Positions 1-11,073 of a stretch of 59,874 bases of DNA are shown one piece after another. How positions within the stretch are numbered: position 1 is the first letter of the stretch; each line of letters begins with the position of its first letter. A model generated the notes under the pieces. That model was not told the origin of the DNA and did not search any database. It worked only from the letters and a program-made list of their open reading frames with translations. Position numbers and translations under genes: made by a program. This DNA is from Candidatus Omnitrophota bacterium (GTDB lineage: Bacteria; Omnitrophota; Gorgyraeia; Zapsychrales; Fredricksoniimonadaceae). The stretch covers positions 1-59,874 of the forward strand of contig JAYTXU010000070.1 in assembly GCA_043742785.1 (NCBI GenBank). The letters run 5' to 3'.

Positions 1-211
1 CTTCTCTAATAAGACCAGCGGAGGGCGAAGCTTTCTTAATTTCCGCAATCAAATTAATCTGCCCCGGTCTAGAGATAGCTTTCTTGAAAACCTCATAACG
101 ACGAAGACCTCTTGGTCTCATATTCCTTTTTAAATTCTCATAATAAGCAGACTTATCTTTAAGATTCTCAAGTTTATGTTCAGCAATTGTTTTTAAGAAA
201 TCATCAAACAC
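1..211 (-). CDS. trpC: Indole-3-glycerol phosphate synthase, N-terminal part (runs off the window)
   Basis: Manual translation from GTG at 211 gives ...DDFLKTIAEHK...INLIAEIKKASPSAGLIRE, the TrpC motif; directly downstream of trpD. Confidence 0.9.
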   Translation of the reverse strand, partial: MFDDFLKTIAEHKLENLKDKSAYYENLKRNMRPRGLRRYEVFKKAISRPGQINLIAEIKKASPSAGLIRE

Positions 212-1214
212 GAGAAGTAAACTCCTTTAACTCTTCTAATTTTTGATAAGCACGTCCGGAATCAATCGCATGTTCGGCCATACGAAGCCCTAAAGCGATA
301 TTTTCCACAGCCTCCGCTATATAAAGACCATAGGCAGCATTAATTAAAACAATATCCCTCTTAGGCCCCTTTTGTGATTGCAAAACTTCCTTTAAAATTT
401 GCGCATTATGGTGTTTATCTCCACCATCCAAATCTTCTTTTTGAGCTAATGGAAATCCCAGTTCTTGAGCATCAATATCATAAGAAATCACTTGTTTACC
501 ATTAGAGTCACTAATAAATGTTTTTCCTGCTGTAGTAATTTCATCTAAACCATCCTCACCATGAACCACCAAGGCTCTCTTTAACCCAAGATTCATTAAC
601 ACCTGTGCTATGGGTTCAACCAAATCGCGACTATAAACACCTACTATTTGATGAGTTGCCCTCGCTGGATTTGTCAAAGGTCCTAAAATATTAAAGATTG
701 TCTTAACCCCCAATGCTTTCCTGACCGAGGCTACATTTTTCATCGCTGGATGAAGCTTTTGAGCAAATAAAAAAGCAATGCCCACCTTATCCAAACAAGC
801 GCTTACTAAAGATTCTTCTAAATTAACATTAACCCCTAATGATTCTAAAACATCAGCGCTCCCACATAAACTAGAGACAGACCGATTACCATGTTTGGCA
901 ACGGCTACACCACAAGAAGCTATAACAAAAGCAGCCGTCGTTGAGATATTAAATGTTCCTCTGTGATCCCCTCCTGTGCCGCATGTATCTAAAATAATTT
1001 CATGTCTGGTCTTAATAGGAACAACAAACTTTCGCATCATCAAAGCACAAGCTGTAATCTCATCAACGGTTGGACCTTTAGAATTTAAGGCCAATAAAAA
1101 ATCACTAATATCATCGCTACTGGTATGACCGGACATGATCAATTCCATGACCACTGTAATTTCTTCATGGGTTAAATTACGATGACTTGAAATTTTATCG
1201 ATATAATTACGCAT
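204..1214 (-). CDS. trpD: Anthranilate phosphoribosyltransferase
   Basis: DTCGTGGD, NISTT, KHGNRSVSS and GLDEIT motifs. Confidence 0.97.
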   Translation of the reverse strand: MRNYIDKISSHRNLTHEEITVVMELIMSGHTSSDDISDFLLALNSKGPTVDEITACALMMRKFVVPIKTRHEIILDTCGTGGDHRGTFNISTTAAFVIASCGVAVAKHGNRSVSSLCGSADVLESLGVNVNLEESLVSACLDKVGIAFLFAQKLHPAMKNVASVRKALGVKTIFNILGPLTNPARATHQIVGVYSRDLVEPIAQVLMNLGLKRALVVHGEDGLDEITTAGKTFISDSNGKQVISYDIDAQELGFPLAQKEDLDGGDKHHNAQILKEVLQSQKGPKRDIVLINAAYGLYIAEAVENIALGLRMAEHAIDSGRAYQKLEELKEFTSRV

Positions 1215-1780
1215 TAGAGTGAAAGAAAATTCTTGAGGATATTTTTACCTTCTTTAGTTAATATCGATTCTGGATGGAATTGAACACCCCACACAGGAAG
1301 AGTTTTATGACGTACTCCCATAATTTCTCCGTCATCCGTTGTCCAGGCGGTTAATTCAAGACAATCCGGTAGATTTTTAGAATCAATCACCAACGAATGA
1401 TAACGGGTTGCTACAAAAGGATGGGAAAGCCCTTTAAAGAGATCCTTGCCGTTATGTTCAATCATAGACGTTTTGCCATGCATCAAACTCTTTGCATGAA
1501 TAATCTTAGCGCCGAAGGCATAACCAATGCCTTGATGTCCCAAACAAACACCAAGAATAGGAATCTCTCCTGCCAACTTCTCTATGATCTCAACCGAGAT
1601 ACCCGCATCTTCCGGACGGCCAGGTCCTGGAGAAATAACAATTTTTTTAGGTTTCATCTTACGAATATCCGCAACGCTCAAGGCATCATTGCGATAAACC
1701 TTCATATCTGCCTTTAACTCGCCAAAATACTGGACAAGGTTATAGGTAAAGGAATCGTAATTATCAATCATTAAAATCAT
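1214..1780 (-). CDS. trpG: Anthranilate/aminodeoxychorismate synthase glutamine amidotransferase subunit
   Basis: [29 protein letters not shown]; adjacent to trpD. Confidence 0.93.
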   Translation of the reverse strand: MILMIDNYDSFTYNLVQYFGELKADMKVYRNDALSVADIRKMKPKKIVISPGPGRPEDAGISVEIIEKLAGEIPILGVCLGHQGIGYAFGAKIIHAKSLMHGKTSMIEHNGKDLFKGLSHPFVATRYHSLVIDSKNLPDCLELTAWTTDDGEIMGVRHKTLPVWGVQFHPESILTKEGKNILKNFLSL

Positions 1781-1786
1781 ATTTAA

Positions 1787-3046
1787 CTACTCCTTCTCTC
1801 TAAAAACCTTAGCTCCAATTTTTGTCAACTTGGAATCTAAATCTTCATAACCGCGATCCAGGTGATAGATACGATGAATTTCTGTTTTTCCTTTAGCAAC
1901 TAATCCAGCAATAACGAGTGCTGCAGAAGCGCGCAAATCAGAAGCCATGACAGGCGCTCCATACAATTGTTTCACTCCTTCAATGATGGCAGAACCTGTA
2001 TCACGACGAATTTGAGCCCCCATACGATTAAGTTCCGCAATATGCATAAATCGATCCGGGAAAACGCGGTCAGTCACAATGCTGACCCCAGGAGTAATCG
2101 CCATCAGCGCCATATATTGCGCCTGCAAATCTGTTGGAAATCCTGGATGAGGATGGGTTACAACATTAGCAGGTTTTAAAATCTTCTTACATCGCACACG
2201 AATATCAGAACCATCCTTCTTAACTTCAACACCAATAGATTCAAGCTTATCAACTAAAGCTAATAAATGATTATAATGAGCATCCTTAACAAGAATATCG
2301 CTCTTAGCGGCGGCGGCCATCAGCAAAAATGTTCCCGCCTCAATGCGATCAGAACTCATTTTATAGTTGGCCCCATTAAGCTTTCTCACTCCATTAATCA
2401 CAATACGCTGAGTTCCATGACCTTGAATCTTAGCTCCCATCAAACTTAAGAAATTTCCTAAATCTTCAATTTCAGGTTCAGGAGCGGCAGATTCAATAAC
2501 TGTTTCGCCATAAGCCAAGCTTGCCGCCATCATCACGTTAGCTGTCGCTAAAACTGAAGAACCAAAGGTTCCTCCTAAATACATTTGAGCGCCTTTAAGT
2601 TTAGCCGCCGTTGCAATAACATCCCCGCCTTCCATATCTGTTTTTGCACCTAAGGCAAGAATACCTTTCATATGAAGATCTATGGGACGCACACCTATAA
2701 CGCAACCGCCAGGCATCGATACCTTAGCTTTTCCCAATTTCGCTAATAAAGGACCCAATACGCAAAAAGAACCGCGCATTGTTGAAACCAATTTATAATC
2801 AGCGATATGAGTATTTGCACCACCTGAAATGGTCACTTTATTACCGTTAATCTCCACAGTCTTACCTAAGCTTCTGAGCAATTTACACATCGTCAAGGTG
2901 TCACGTAATTTTGGGACATTGCGGATTTCACAGACGCCGTCGGTTAACAAGGTTGCAGCCAGAATTGGCAAGGTCGCATTCTTAGAACCGCTCACCCGAA
3001 TTTCACCCTTTAAAGGTCTTCCGCCTTCAATAACAAATTTTTCCAT
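1787..3046 (-). CDS. murA: UDP-N-acetylglucosamine 1-carboxyvinyltransferase
   Basis: SGSKNATLP, PGGCVIGVRPIDLH, GFPTDLQAQ, DLRASAAL, HLDRGYE. Confidence 0.97.
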   Translation of the reverse strand: MEKFVIEGGRPLKGEIRVSGSKNATLPILAATLLTDGVCEIRNVPKLRDTLTMCKLLRSLGKTVEINGNKVTISGGANTHIADYKLVSTMRGSFCVLGPLLAKLGKAKVSMPGGCVIGVRPIDLHMKGILALGAKTDMEGGDVIATAAKLKGAQMYLGGTFGSSVLATANVMMAASLAYGETVIESAAPEPEIEDLGNFLSLMGAKIQGHGTQRIVINGVRKLNGANYKMSSDRIEAGTFLLMAAAAKSDILVKDAHYNHLLALVDKLESIGVEVKKDGSDIRVRCKKILKPANVVTHPHPGFPTDLQAQYMALMAITPGVSIVTDRVFPDRFMHIAELNRMGAQIRRDTGSAIIEGVKQLYGAPVMASDLRASAALVIAGLVAKGKTEIHRIYHLDRGYEDLDSKLTKIGAKVFREKE

Positions 3047-3050
3047 TACA

Positions 3051-3962
3051 TCAATCTCCTAAAATTTTTTGTGCGCAGACAATACGATCTCTTCCTGTTA
3101 AATCTTTGATAATCTCAACAAGAGAAAATGATTCTGTTTGCTCAATCATCTGTTGAATTTCTTCAGATTGGCTTTTCTTGTCCCTGCCTGCCGGCAGGCA
3201 GGCGTCGCCAAACTCCATCATAAGATAAGCACCTTCTCTTAGCAAGCAAGGACTGTATTTTATAATATCTCGATAAAAAATTAAACCATCTTTTCCAGCT
3301 TTTAATGCCAGCGCTGGTTCCTGCAAAACATCCTTAGGAAGAGTCTTTATTTGATCTTCTGAAATATAAGGTGGATTAGAAATAATCAAATCATATTCCT
3401 GCCTTCCGGCAGACAGATCCCCTGCCTCTACGAATAAGAAATCAACCATATCTGCATGAACAAGATTTATTCTTTGCTCAAGCTTATATTTGGATACATT
3501 CTCTTTTGCTAAATCCAAAGCATCTTGTGACACATCAACACTGGTTACTTTCGAATCTGTAAGTAATATAGCTAAAGCAATCGCAATACATCCCGAACCT
3601 GTTCCTAAATCTAAAATCTTAATAATATTGTCACCCCCGAATGTTTTTATCGGGAGTCCAGATTCTGGATTCCCGTTTAAAGCATGCGGGAATGACAAAT
3701 TATTCTTTAACCTTTTAACAGCCTCATCAACCAAGACTTCTGTTTCTGGCCGTGGGATAAGTACCCTAGAATCAACCTTCAATTCAAAACCCATAAAGTT
3801 ACAGGTTCCTAAAATATACTGCAAGGGCTCTCCGTCTTGACGACGAAGTTTATAAGATTCAAATTGCTTTTGTTGTTGATCTGTTAATTGAGGTTTTTGA
3901 AGATAAAGCTCACTGCGGGAACAATTGAGAATATGGGTCAGAATTAATTCATCTTCGGTCAT
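3051..3962 (-). CDS. prmC: Release factor glutamine methyltransferase (HemK/PrmC) carrying three palindromic insertions
   Basis: VLIPRPETE, DLGTGSGCI, SNPPY; downstream of prfA. Confidence 0.95.
   Translation of the reverse strand: MTEDELILTHILNCSRSELYLQKPQLTDQQQKQFESYKLRRQDGEPLQYILGTCNFMGFELKVDSRVLIPRPETEVLVDEAVKRLKNNLSFPHALNGNPESGLPIKTFGGDNIIKILDLGTGSGCIAIALAILLTDSKVTSVDVSQDALDLAKENVSKYKLEQRINLVHADMVDFLFVEAGDLSAGRQEYDLIISNPPYISEDQIKTLPKDVLQEPALALKAGKDGLIFYRDIIKYSPCLLREGAYLMMEFGDACLPAGRDKKSQSEEIQQMIEQTESFSLVEIIKDLTGRDRIVCAQKILGD
3183..3202. repeat. 20-bp palindrome CCTGCCTGCCGGCAGGCAGG (family B), inside prmC
   Basis: Perfect palindrome; reads CLPAGR in PrmC. Confidence 0.95.
3398..3417. 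repeat. Degenerate family B palindrome inside prmC
   Basis: CCTGCCTTCCGGCAGACAGA, 17/20 match to the consensus; reads LSAGRQ. Confidence 0.8.
3628..3698. repeat. Double-hairpin element TGTCA..CCCG..CGGG..TCCA / TGGATTCCCG..GCGGGAATGACA (family C), in frame in prmC
   Basis: Homologous to 27332-27394 and 22708-22802; reads LSFPHALNGNPESGLPIKTFGGDN just before the SAM-binding motif. Confidence 0.88.
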
Positions 3963-5059
3963 TGCTGAGATTGGGCATTAATTTGAGCTTGTTCTTTAAC
4001 TTCTTTTTCTGCCGCCATCAGGGCGTTGGTTAAATCATCCATGTCACCGTTTAAAATAGCTTCAAGCTGATGAGAAGTAAAACCAATACGGTGATCCGTT
4101 ACCCGTCGATCAGAAAAATTATAAGTACGAATCTTTTCACTACGATCACCTGAACCTACTTGAGATTTACGGGCACTAGCCTGTTTTTGAGAAGAATCCT
4201 GCTGCATTTTATCCAAAATTCGCGCACGTAAAATACGCATCGCTTTAGCTCTATTTTTAATCTGAGAACGTTCATCCTGACATACAACGACGGTATTTGT
4301 GGGCAAATGAGTAATGCGCACGGCTGAGTCGGTTGTGTTAACACTTTGTCCGCCTGGACCTGAAGAACGATAAACGTCTATCTTCAAATCTTTCTGCAGA
4401 ATTGCTAATTCAATTTCTTCTGGCTCAAATAATACGGCTACAGTAACAGCAGATGTATGAATACGACCTGAAGCCTCCGTTGAAGGAACACGCTGGACAC
4501 GATGCGCGCCACTTTCCCATTTCAAACGCTTGGAACACTCTTTACCACTTAAAGAAAAAACAACTTCTTTGACTCCTCCTGCTTCAGTATCTGCATACTC
4601 CATCAATTCTAACTTCCACCCCTTTAAATCTGCATACCGGCTATACATACGATAAAGATCTCCCGCAAACAATGAAGCCTCTAAGCCGCCGGTACCTGCG
4701 CGAACTTCTATAATAATGTCTTTATCTGGTTCGTTTTTGGATGGATCTAAATAATCGGTAAGCTCTTGAGCAAGAGTTTCAATCTTTGGTTCTAAATCAG
4801 CCAACTCTATCTGAGCTAATTCTCTAAAATCAGCATCCGCCTTGCCCTTAAGTATATCCTGAAGTTCTTTAACTTGAAATACCGTCTTTTGGTAGGAACG
4901 ATAAAGATTAATCAAACCAGCTAAATTAGAAAATTCTTTGGCTAATTTCCCATATTGGCTTTGATCAGAAACAACTGTTTCGTCAGCTAAAAGTCTTTCT
5001 AACTCGACGTAACGTTCTTGAGCCTTGACCAATTTGGCTTGATCATTTGCCTTTAGCAT
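3959..5059 (-). CDS. prfA: Peptide chain release factor 1
   Basis: GGQ motif ([17 protein letters not shown]), [10 protein letters not shown]; start moved to the ATG at 5059 because the longer ORF overlaps rpmE extensively. Confidence 0.95.
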   Translation of the reverse strand: MLKANDQAKLVKAQERYVELERLLADETVVSDQSQYGKLAKEFSNLAGLINLYRSYQKTVFQVKELQDILKGKADADFRELAQIELADLEPKIETLAQELTDYLDPSKNEPDKDIIIEVRAGTGGLEASLFAGDLYRMYSRYADLKGWKLELMEYADTEAGGVKEVVFSLSGKECSKRLKWESGAHRVQRVPSTEASGRIHTSAVTVAVLFEPEEIELAILQKDLKIDVYRSSGPGGQSVNTTDSAVRITHLPTNTVVVCQDERSQIKNRAKAMRILRARILDKMQQDSSQKQASARKSQVGSGDRSEKIRTYNFSDRRVTDHRIGFTSHQLEAILNGDMDDLTNALMAAEKEVKEQAQINAQSQQ

Positions 5060-5246
5060 AACGCTTATTGAAACGTTCAATACGGCCGGCCGTATCAACG
5101 AACTTCTTTTCACCCGTAAAGAAAGGATGACACTGGGAACAAATTTCCACACGAATATTTTTCTTAGTTGCTCGTGTATGAATCACATTCCCGCAAGCAC
5201 AGCTAATAGTGGTTTCTTCATAGGCTGGATGAATTTCTGCTTTCAT
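5043..5246 (-). CDS. rpmE: 50S ribosomal protein L31 (Zn-binding type)
   Basis: [32 protein letters not shown]. Confidence 0.97.
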   Translation of the reverse strand: MKAEIHPAYEETTISCACGNVIHTRATKKNIRVEICSQCHPFFTGEKKFVDTAGRIERFNKRYAKGK

Positions 5247-5316
5247 TTCTTTAACCTCCTAAAAATAACTTTAAATGAACCCCTCCTTAGGGGTTTAATA
5301 AAGGGCATATACTACA

Positions 5317-6648
5317 TTATTTGTTCATATTTTGCAAGAATTCTGCATTCGTCTTATATTTGGCTATTTTGCTAATTAAAAGCTCCATTGCTTCCGCCGC
5401 ATTAAGATCATTAAAAGCTTTGCGTAAGAGCCAAGCTCTTTGTAAGTCACCTTCAGGAACTAATAACTCCTCATGGCGAGTATTAGAACGTTTAATATCA
5501 ATAGCAGGATATATACGACGCTGGAATAGATTACGATCAAGCTGTAATTCCATATTACCCGTTCCCTTGAACTCTTCAAATATAACTTCATCCATACGAC
5601 TTCCTGTATCCACCAAGGACGTTGCAATAATAGTCAATGATCCACCCTCTTCAATATTACGGGCAGCACCAAAAAAACGTTTAGGCTTATGTAAAGCATT
5701 AGAATCCACACCACCGGAAAGAATTTTTCCTGAGTGAGGAACCACAGTATTGTAAGCGCGTGCTAAACGTGTAATAGAATCAAGCAAAATAACTACATCA
5801 CGCTTATGTTCAACTAAACGTTTAGCTTTTTCGATAACCACTTCCGCAATTTGAACGTGACGTTCAGCTGGTTCATCAAAGGTTGAAGCAATAACTTCAC
5901 CTTTAACACTTCGCTGCATATCGGTAACTTCTTCTGGACGCTCATCAATAAGAAGAACAATAAGAATAACTTCCGGATGATTAGTTACAATCGCATTAGC
6001 AATCTTTTGCATCAAAACAGTTTTACCACTATAAGGAGGAGCTACTATCAAAGCGCGCTGACCTTTACCAATAGGAGTTAATAAATTAATAATACGAGTA
6101 GAAACCTCCGATTGAGTTGTTTCCAAGTTTAAACGTTCTTTAGGATAAAGAGGTGTTAGATTATCAAAGAATATCTTATCCTTACACTTCTCTGGATTCT
6201 CAAAATTAACAGCCTCAACCTTTAAAAGCGCAAAATACTTCTCACCTTCCTTGGGAGGACGAATTTGACCGGAAACAGTATCTCCAGTCTTTAAATCAAA
6301 ACGACGTATTTGAGATGGAGAAATATAAATATCATCAGGACAAGGAAGATAATTGTATTTGGCTGAACGCAAAAAACCAAAACCTTCGGAAAGAATCTCC
6401 AAAGTTCCTTCCCCAAACATCAACCCCTCTTTTTCAGCTTGAGCCTTAAGAATCTTAAAAATTAATTCCTGTTTCTTTAAACTACTAGCCCCCTCCACAT
6501 CCATATCACGAGCTAATTTCGTTAACTCAGCCATCTTCATTTCTTTAAGATCTTCAATATTAACAGTCTTACCTGCTGGATTAGCTGGCTTATAATCACC
6601 ATTATCATTTTTATCTTCTTTTTCTTGTTTTGTTTCTGCCCTGCTCAT
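5317..6648 (-). CDS. rho: Transcription termination factor Rho
   Basis: [46 protein letters not shown]. Confidence 0.98.
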   Translation of the reverse strand: MSRAETKQEKEDKNDNGDYKPANPAGKTVNIEDLKEMKMAELTKLARDMDVEGASSLKKQELIFKILKAQAEKEGLMFGEGTLEILSEGFGFLRSAKYNYLPCPDDIYISPSQIRRFDLKTGDTVSGQIRPPKEGEKYFALLKVEAVNFENPEKCKDKIFFDNLTPLYPKERLNLETTQSEVSTRIINLLTPIGKGQRALIVAPPYSGKTVLMQKIANAIVTNHPEVILIVLLIDERPEEVTDMQRSVKGEVIASTFDEPAERHVQIAEVVIEKAKRLVEHKRDVVILLDSITRLARAYNTVVPHSGKILSGGVDSNALHKPKRFFGAARNIEEGGSLTIIATSLVDTGSRMDEVIFEEFKGTGNMELQLDRNLFQRRIYPAIDIKRSNTRHEELLVPEGDLQRAWLLRKAFNDLNAAEAMELLISKIAKYKTNAEFLQNMNK

Positions 6649-6683
6649 GCATTTCTCCTAGTTTTACTTTCAGTTAACTCGTT

Positions 6684-7286
6684 TTAATCCTGCCTGCCGG
6701 CAGGCAGGAATCTATGAACGATCGCCTTAACTTGAGCGTGTGTTTGATTCTTTGACCCGCGATTATCAATTACAATATCTGCCCTTTGTAGCTTCTCCTT
6801 AAATGACATTTGGCACTTTATACGCCGTAAAATATCTGCTTTAGAAAGCCCTGTACGCTTTTGAATCCGATTAATTTGTATGTTTTGATTTGATTGGACT
6901 ACTATGGTTACATCAGCCAGTTTATCCCAGCCAGATTCAAATAAAAGAGGAACATCCAAAACAATCAATTTCGTATTCTTTTCTCGAGTAATTTGTTTTT
7001 CTATTTCTTTTAAACCAATTGGATAAAGAATATCGGTGAGTTTCTTTAATTCACGCGGATCTTGGAAAACAATTTTAGCTAGAGCAACACGATCAATCTC
7101 ATTACTGGTTTTAAGTATAGCATGTCCAAAGACTTTTACCACTCTTTTTTCCCCTTTTCCTTTTGGGGCTAAAAGCTCATAGGTCACCTCATCTGCATCA
7201 ATAATCCTGGCTCCTTGAGCTTTAAACATACCAGCTACGGTTGTTTTACCAGAACCAAAACTTCCTGTTAATCCGATAATAAGCAT
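6684..7286 (-). CDS. coaE: Dephospho-CoA kinase
   Basis: IGLTGSFGSGKTT, IDAD, LDVPLLFE; the C-terminus LPAGRQD is repeat-derived. Confidence 0.93.
   Translation of the reverse strand: MLIIGLTGSFGSGKTTVAGMFKAQGARIIDADEVTYELLAPKGKGEKRVVKVFGHAILKTSNEIDRVALAKIVFQDPRELKKLTDILYPIGLKEIEKQITREKNTKLIVLDVPLLFESGWDKLADVTIVVQSNQNIQINRIQKRTGLSKADILRRIKCQMSFKEKLQRADIVIDNRGSKNQTHAQVKAIVHRFLPAGRQD
6689..6708. repeat. Family B 20-bp palindrome at the 3' end of coaE
   Basis: Perfect CCTGCCTGCCGGCAGGCAGG. Confidence 0.95.
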
Positions 7287-8659
7287 TTCTGATAAACCCT
7301 TATATATTCTTTAGCTGATTTCTCCCAAGAAAAACGATATCTCATGGCCTGAGATAATAGAAATCTCATTTGAGTTTTATCTTTATAAACTTTAAAAGCT
7401 TCAGCAATCGCTTTAACAAAAGCAGATTTTGTATAATTGGTAAATAAGAAACCATTCCCCGTACGGTGAATGGAATCATACAAAGAAATCGTGTCTGCTA
7501 AGCCTCCAGTTTTATATGCAATAGGAACACTACCGTAGTGCAAAGCAATCATCTGACCTAATCCACAAGGTTCGAATACCGATGGCATTAAGAAGAAATC
7601 TGAACCAGCATATATCTGATGGGCAATTCTCTCTTCAAATTTCAAATGAATACCTACATGTTTAGGATGATCTTTAGCGCATTCCTCTAACATACGGTGA
7701 TATTTCTTTTCTCCCGTTCCTGTTAAAATCAACTGCCCTCCCATCCGCACAATATCAGAGATTACTTCTGAAATTAAATCCACCCCTTTTTGATGACAAA
7801 GCCTAGCTACAAAACCAAATAATGGTCGATCAGGATCAACAATAATTTTAAAATCATCCTGCAAAATAGCTTTGTTACGTGCTTTATTATCTAAATCATG
7901 GATTGAAAATGGAACAATCAAAGATGGGTCATCCTGAGGATTCCATGCTTCATAATCTAAACCATTAAGAATACCGTAAATATCTTCTTTTCGATTCTTT
8001 AGAACCCCCTCTAAAGCACAACCTAATTCAACTGTTTGAATTTCCTGTGCATAACGAGGAGAAACAGTTGTTATAGCATCCGCAAAAATAATTCCCCCTT
8101 TAAGAATATTAATTTGATTATAAAATTCCAACCCTTGAGTATGAAACAAATCTCCATCAACACCTAAAGTTGAATATTGGTTTTTAGGAAAAACTCCTTG
8201 ATACGCCAAATTATGAATTGTTAAAACCGATTTAACGTTCTTAAAGAAAGAATCTTTCTCATATTTTGTTTTAAGTAATATAGGAATTAAAGCTGTGTGC
8301 CAATCATGACAATGAATAACATCAGGTTTAAAATGAATGTCTTTTAAGATCTTAAAGATTTGATGAGAAAAAAACGAAAAACGAGCTAAATTGTCTTGAT
8401 AATCTCCATGGATATCTCCGTAAAGGCCTCCATCGCGACCAAAATAATGCTTATGTTCAACAAAATAAACTTTGATATTCTGTCCTATACGCACCACAGG
8501 AGAAGGAACGCTCCCTCCAGAAGATCCATAACGAGGAGTAATAACAACAATCTCATGACCAGAAGACTCTAATGCTAACGGTAAAGAACCACAAACATCC
8601 GCTAACCCACCTGTTTTAGCAAAAGGAACTACTTCTGAAGCACAAAAAACTATTTTCAT
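7268..8659 (-). CDS. glgA: Glycogen synthase
   Basis: SEVVPFAKTGGLADV, HCHDWH, TIHNLAYQG, PSVFEPCGL. Confidence 0.96.
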   Translation of the reverse strand: MKIVFCASEVVPFAKTGGLADVCGSLPLALESSGHEIVVITPRYGSSGGSVPSPVVRIGQNIKVYFVEHKHYFGRDGGLYGDIHGDYQDNLARFSFFSHQIFKILKDIHFKPDVIHCHDWHTALIPILLKTKYEKDSFFKNVKSVLTIHNLAYQGVFPKNQYSTLGVDGDLFHTQGLEFYNQINILKGGIIFADAITTVSPRYAQEIQTVELGCALEGVLKNRKEDIYGILNGLDYEAWNPQDDPSLIVPFSIHDLDNKARNKAILQDDFKIIVDPDRPLFGFVARLCHQKGVDLISEVISDIVRMGGQLILTGTGEKKYHRMLEECAKDHPKHVGIHLKFEERIAHQIYAGSDFFLMPSVFEPCGLGQMIALHYGSVPIAYKTGGLADTISLYDSIHRTGNGFLFTNYTKSAFVKAIAEAFKVYKDKTQMRFLLSQAMRYRFSWEKSAKEYIRVYQKCLLSD

Positions 8660-8702
8660 AAATGAGTACCTGTCTTATGGAATTCTGCGCAGTAGAATGA
8701 CA

Positions 8703-11060
8703 TTAAACATTTTCCATTTCCAACCAATTTAAACCCATCTTTAATGAAGCCGTAAGCGGCACTGATAATTCCATTGCCGTTTCCATATAATGCTTAACCA
8801 ATTGAACCATTTCACCTCTTTCTCCAAGAGGCACATCAAAAACCAATTCGTCATGGACAGTCATAATCATCACAGAGGACAATTTCTTAACTTTCATGGC
8901 CCCAGCAATCTTAACCATAGCTAATTTAATTAAATCTGCAGCCGCCCCTTGCAAGGGAGCATTAATCGCTTGACGCTGGGCAAATTGTCTAAGACCAATG
9001 TTGGCACTTTTAATATCAGGCAAATACCTGCGACGATGAAACAACGTTTCAACAAACCCTTTTTCTTGAGCTTGAGCTATAGAATAATCCATCATTTCGC
9101 GTACCCTAGGATAACGTAAAAAATATTTATCAATAAAATCTTGAGCCTGAGCGTTTGAAATATCTAGATCCTTAGCTAAACCAAAAGCGCTCATCCCATA
9201 AATAATACCGAAATTAATACGCTTAGCTGCGTAACGCATTTGATCATCCACCTTATTTTCTGGAACATCAAACATTAAAGAAGCTGTATAACAATGAATA
9301 TCCGCATCAGCTCTAAAGGCCTTTATAAGATTCTCATCCTTAGAACAATGTGCTAATAAACGCAGTTCAATCTGTGAATAATCCGCAGATAAAAGCAAAT
9401 GATCCTTACCATAAGAAACAAAAGCTTTTCTAATCTTTCGTCCTAATTCTGTACGAATAGGAATGTTTTGCAAATTAGGATTATTTGAACTTAATCTCCC
9501 TGTTTCCGCTCCCGTTTGATTAAAACTGGCATGTAATCTTGAATGACCATCCACCATTTGAGGTAAGGCATCAATATAGGTTGATTTTAATTTAGCTAAT
9601 TGACGATACTCTAAAATCAAAGCGGGTAAAGGATGTTTTGAAGCTAGTCTATTGAGAACTTCTTCATCAGTCGAGAAACCTGTTTTTGTTTTTTTAATAA
9701 CAGGAAGGTTTAAACGCTCAAAAAGAATTTCACTTAACTGCTTAGGGGAATTAATATTAAATTCTATCCCAGCAATCTTAAACAAAGACACCTGAAGATC
9801 GCTGATTTTCTTGGCACAATCTAAAGAAAATTCTCTTAAAATTTCAACATCCAGCGCTACGCCATTTTCTTCCATCTCATAAAGAACATCAACTAAAGGA
9901 ATTTCTACATCATAAAATAAAAAATCCAACTGTTGTTCATGTAGTTCTTTTTTTAAATCTTGATATAAACGCTCAAATTCTTCTTCTGATGTAGGACGAA
10001 AAGCTTCAACTTTATTATTCCCTCCACTTAAAAGATATTGAGCCAAGAAAATATCAAAAACAGGACCTTTGATTATCTGTTGAGATTTCTTACGTAAACT
10101 CTTTAAATCATAAACAAGACTAACCATCCTCCCATCTTCTTTAATTTCTAAAAAATCAATTCTCTTTGATAAGTCTTTCTCTATCTGAATTGAAGTCTCT
10201 TCTGTTTGAGAGGATAATTCTTGAATAAATTTACGAAACTCTAACGCAGTATAAATCTCATAAAGACGGTTTTCATTAGGCGCAAGTAACTTTAGATCTT
10301 CTAATTTTGCCTCTAATGGCACCTGAGTATCAACTAAAGCTAATTCCTGACTTAATTTGGCCTGGTCCCTGCCTATCTTTAATTTTTCCTGAAGACTAAT
10401 AGGTTTAATGTCTTCTAAATGCTGATAAATCTTATCTAAAGATCCATAAGCAGTAAGTAACTTAACAGCAGAAACTTGTCCTATCCCATCGACTCCCGGA
10501 ATATTATCCGAAGAATCCCCTGCTAAACTAAGTAAATCAACAATAGATGAAGAAGGTACTCCAAATTTATCTTTAACATCCTGTTCTGTTAACATTTTCT
10601 CTTGGCGAGGGCTATAAATAAATACATGCTCCCCCATTAACTGACTCATATCTTTATCATCAGTAATAATCACAACATCCACCTTCTTATTGCTAAAACG
10701 GGTTGCTAAGGTAGCCATCACATCATCCGCCTCAAAACCTTCTTTCTCAAAAATAGGAATTTGATAGGCCCTTAGAACATCTTGTATCACAGGAATTTGC
10801 GCTCTTAAATCTTCAGGCATGGATTGACGTTGAATCTTATAATCAGCAAACTTTTCTTGTCTCAAAGTTTTCTTTCCTACATCAAAACAAGCCGCCATAT
10901 AAACTGGCTGAAAATCACGTAACATCTTTCTTAAGATATTACAAAAACCTAAAACAGCATTTGTGGGCTGTCCTTTAGAATTGGTTAGGGCTTTAACTGC
11001 GTAAAAAGCACGGTAACATAAACCGTGAGCATCAATTAAAAATACTTTTGGATTTGACAT
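8703..11060 (-). CDS. polA: DNA polymerase I with a reduced central 3'-5' exonuclease region
   Basis: 5' nuclease motifs (EADD, GDSSDNIPGV) and PolA motifs (TGRLSS, ADYSQIELR, INFGIIYG, VHDELVF). Confidence 0.95.
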   Translation of the reverse strand: MSNPKVFLIDAHGLCYRAFYAVKALTNSKGQPTNAVLGFCNILRKMLRDFQPVYMAACFDVGKKTLRQEKFADYKIQRQSMPEDLRAQIPVIQDVLRAYQIPIFEKEGFEADDVMATLATRFSNKKVDVVIITDDKDMSQLMGEHVFIYSPRQEKMLTEQDVKDKFGVPSSSIVDLLSLAGDSSDNIPGVDGIGQVSAVKLLTAYGSLDKIYQHLEDIKPISLQEKLKIGRDQAKLSQELALVDTQVPLEAKLEDLKLLAPNENRLYEIYTALEFRKFIQELSSQTEETSIQIEKDLSKRIDFLEIKEDGRMVSLVYDLKSLRKKSQQIIKGPVFDIFLAQYLLSGGNNKVEAFRPTSEEEFERLYQDLKKELHEQQLDFLFYDVEIPLVDVLYEMEENGVALDVEILREFSLDCAKKISDLQVSLFKIAGIEFNINSPKQLSEILFERLNLPVIKKTKTGFSTDEEVLNRLASKHPLPALILEYRQLAKLKSTYIDALPQMVDGHSRLHASFNQTGAETGRLSSNNPNLQNIPIRTELGRKIRKAFVSYGKDHLLLSADYSQIELRLLAHCSKDENLIKAFRADADIHCYTASLMFDVPENKVDDQMRYAAKRINFGIIYGMSAFGLAKDLDISNAQAQDFIDKYFLRYPRVREMMDYSIAQAQEKGFVETLFHRRRYLPDIKSANIGLRQFAQRQAINAPLQGAAADLIKLAMVKIAGAMKVKKLSSVMIMTVHDELVFDVPLGERGEMVQLVKHYMETAMELSVPLTASLKMGLNWLEMENV

Positions 11061-11073
11061 GAAAGATTAGAAT

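Noticed and set aside
5060-5152. N-terminal extension of the prfA ORF
   Set aside because: It overlaps rpmE in another frame; the ATG at 5059 gives a normal-length RF1.
5278-5295. Hairpin AACCCCT-cctt-AGGGGTT between rho and rpmE
   Set aside because: Could be a terminator or leader element, but it is short and has no clear U-tract.
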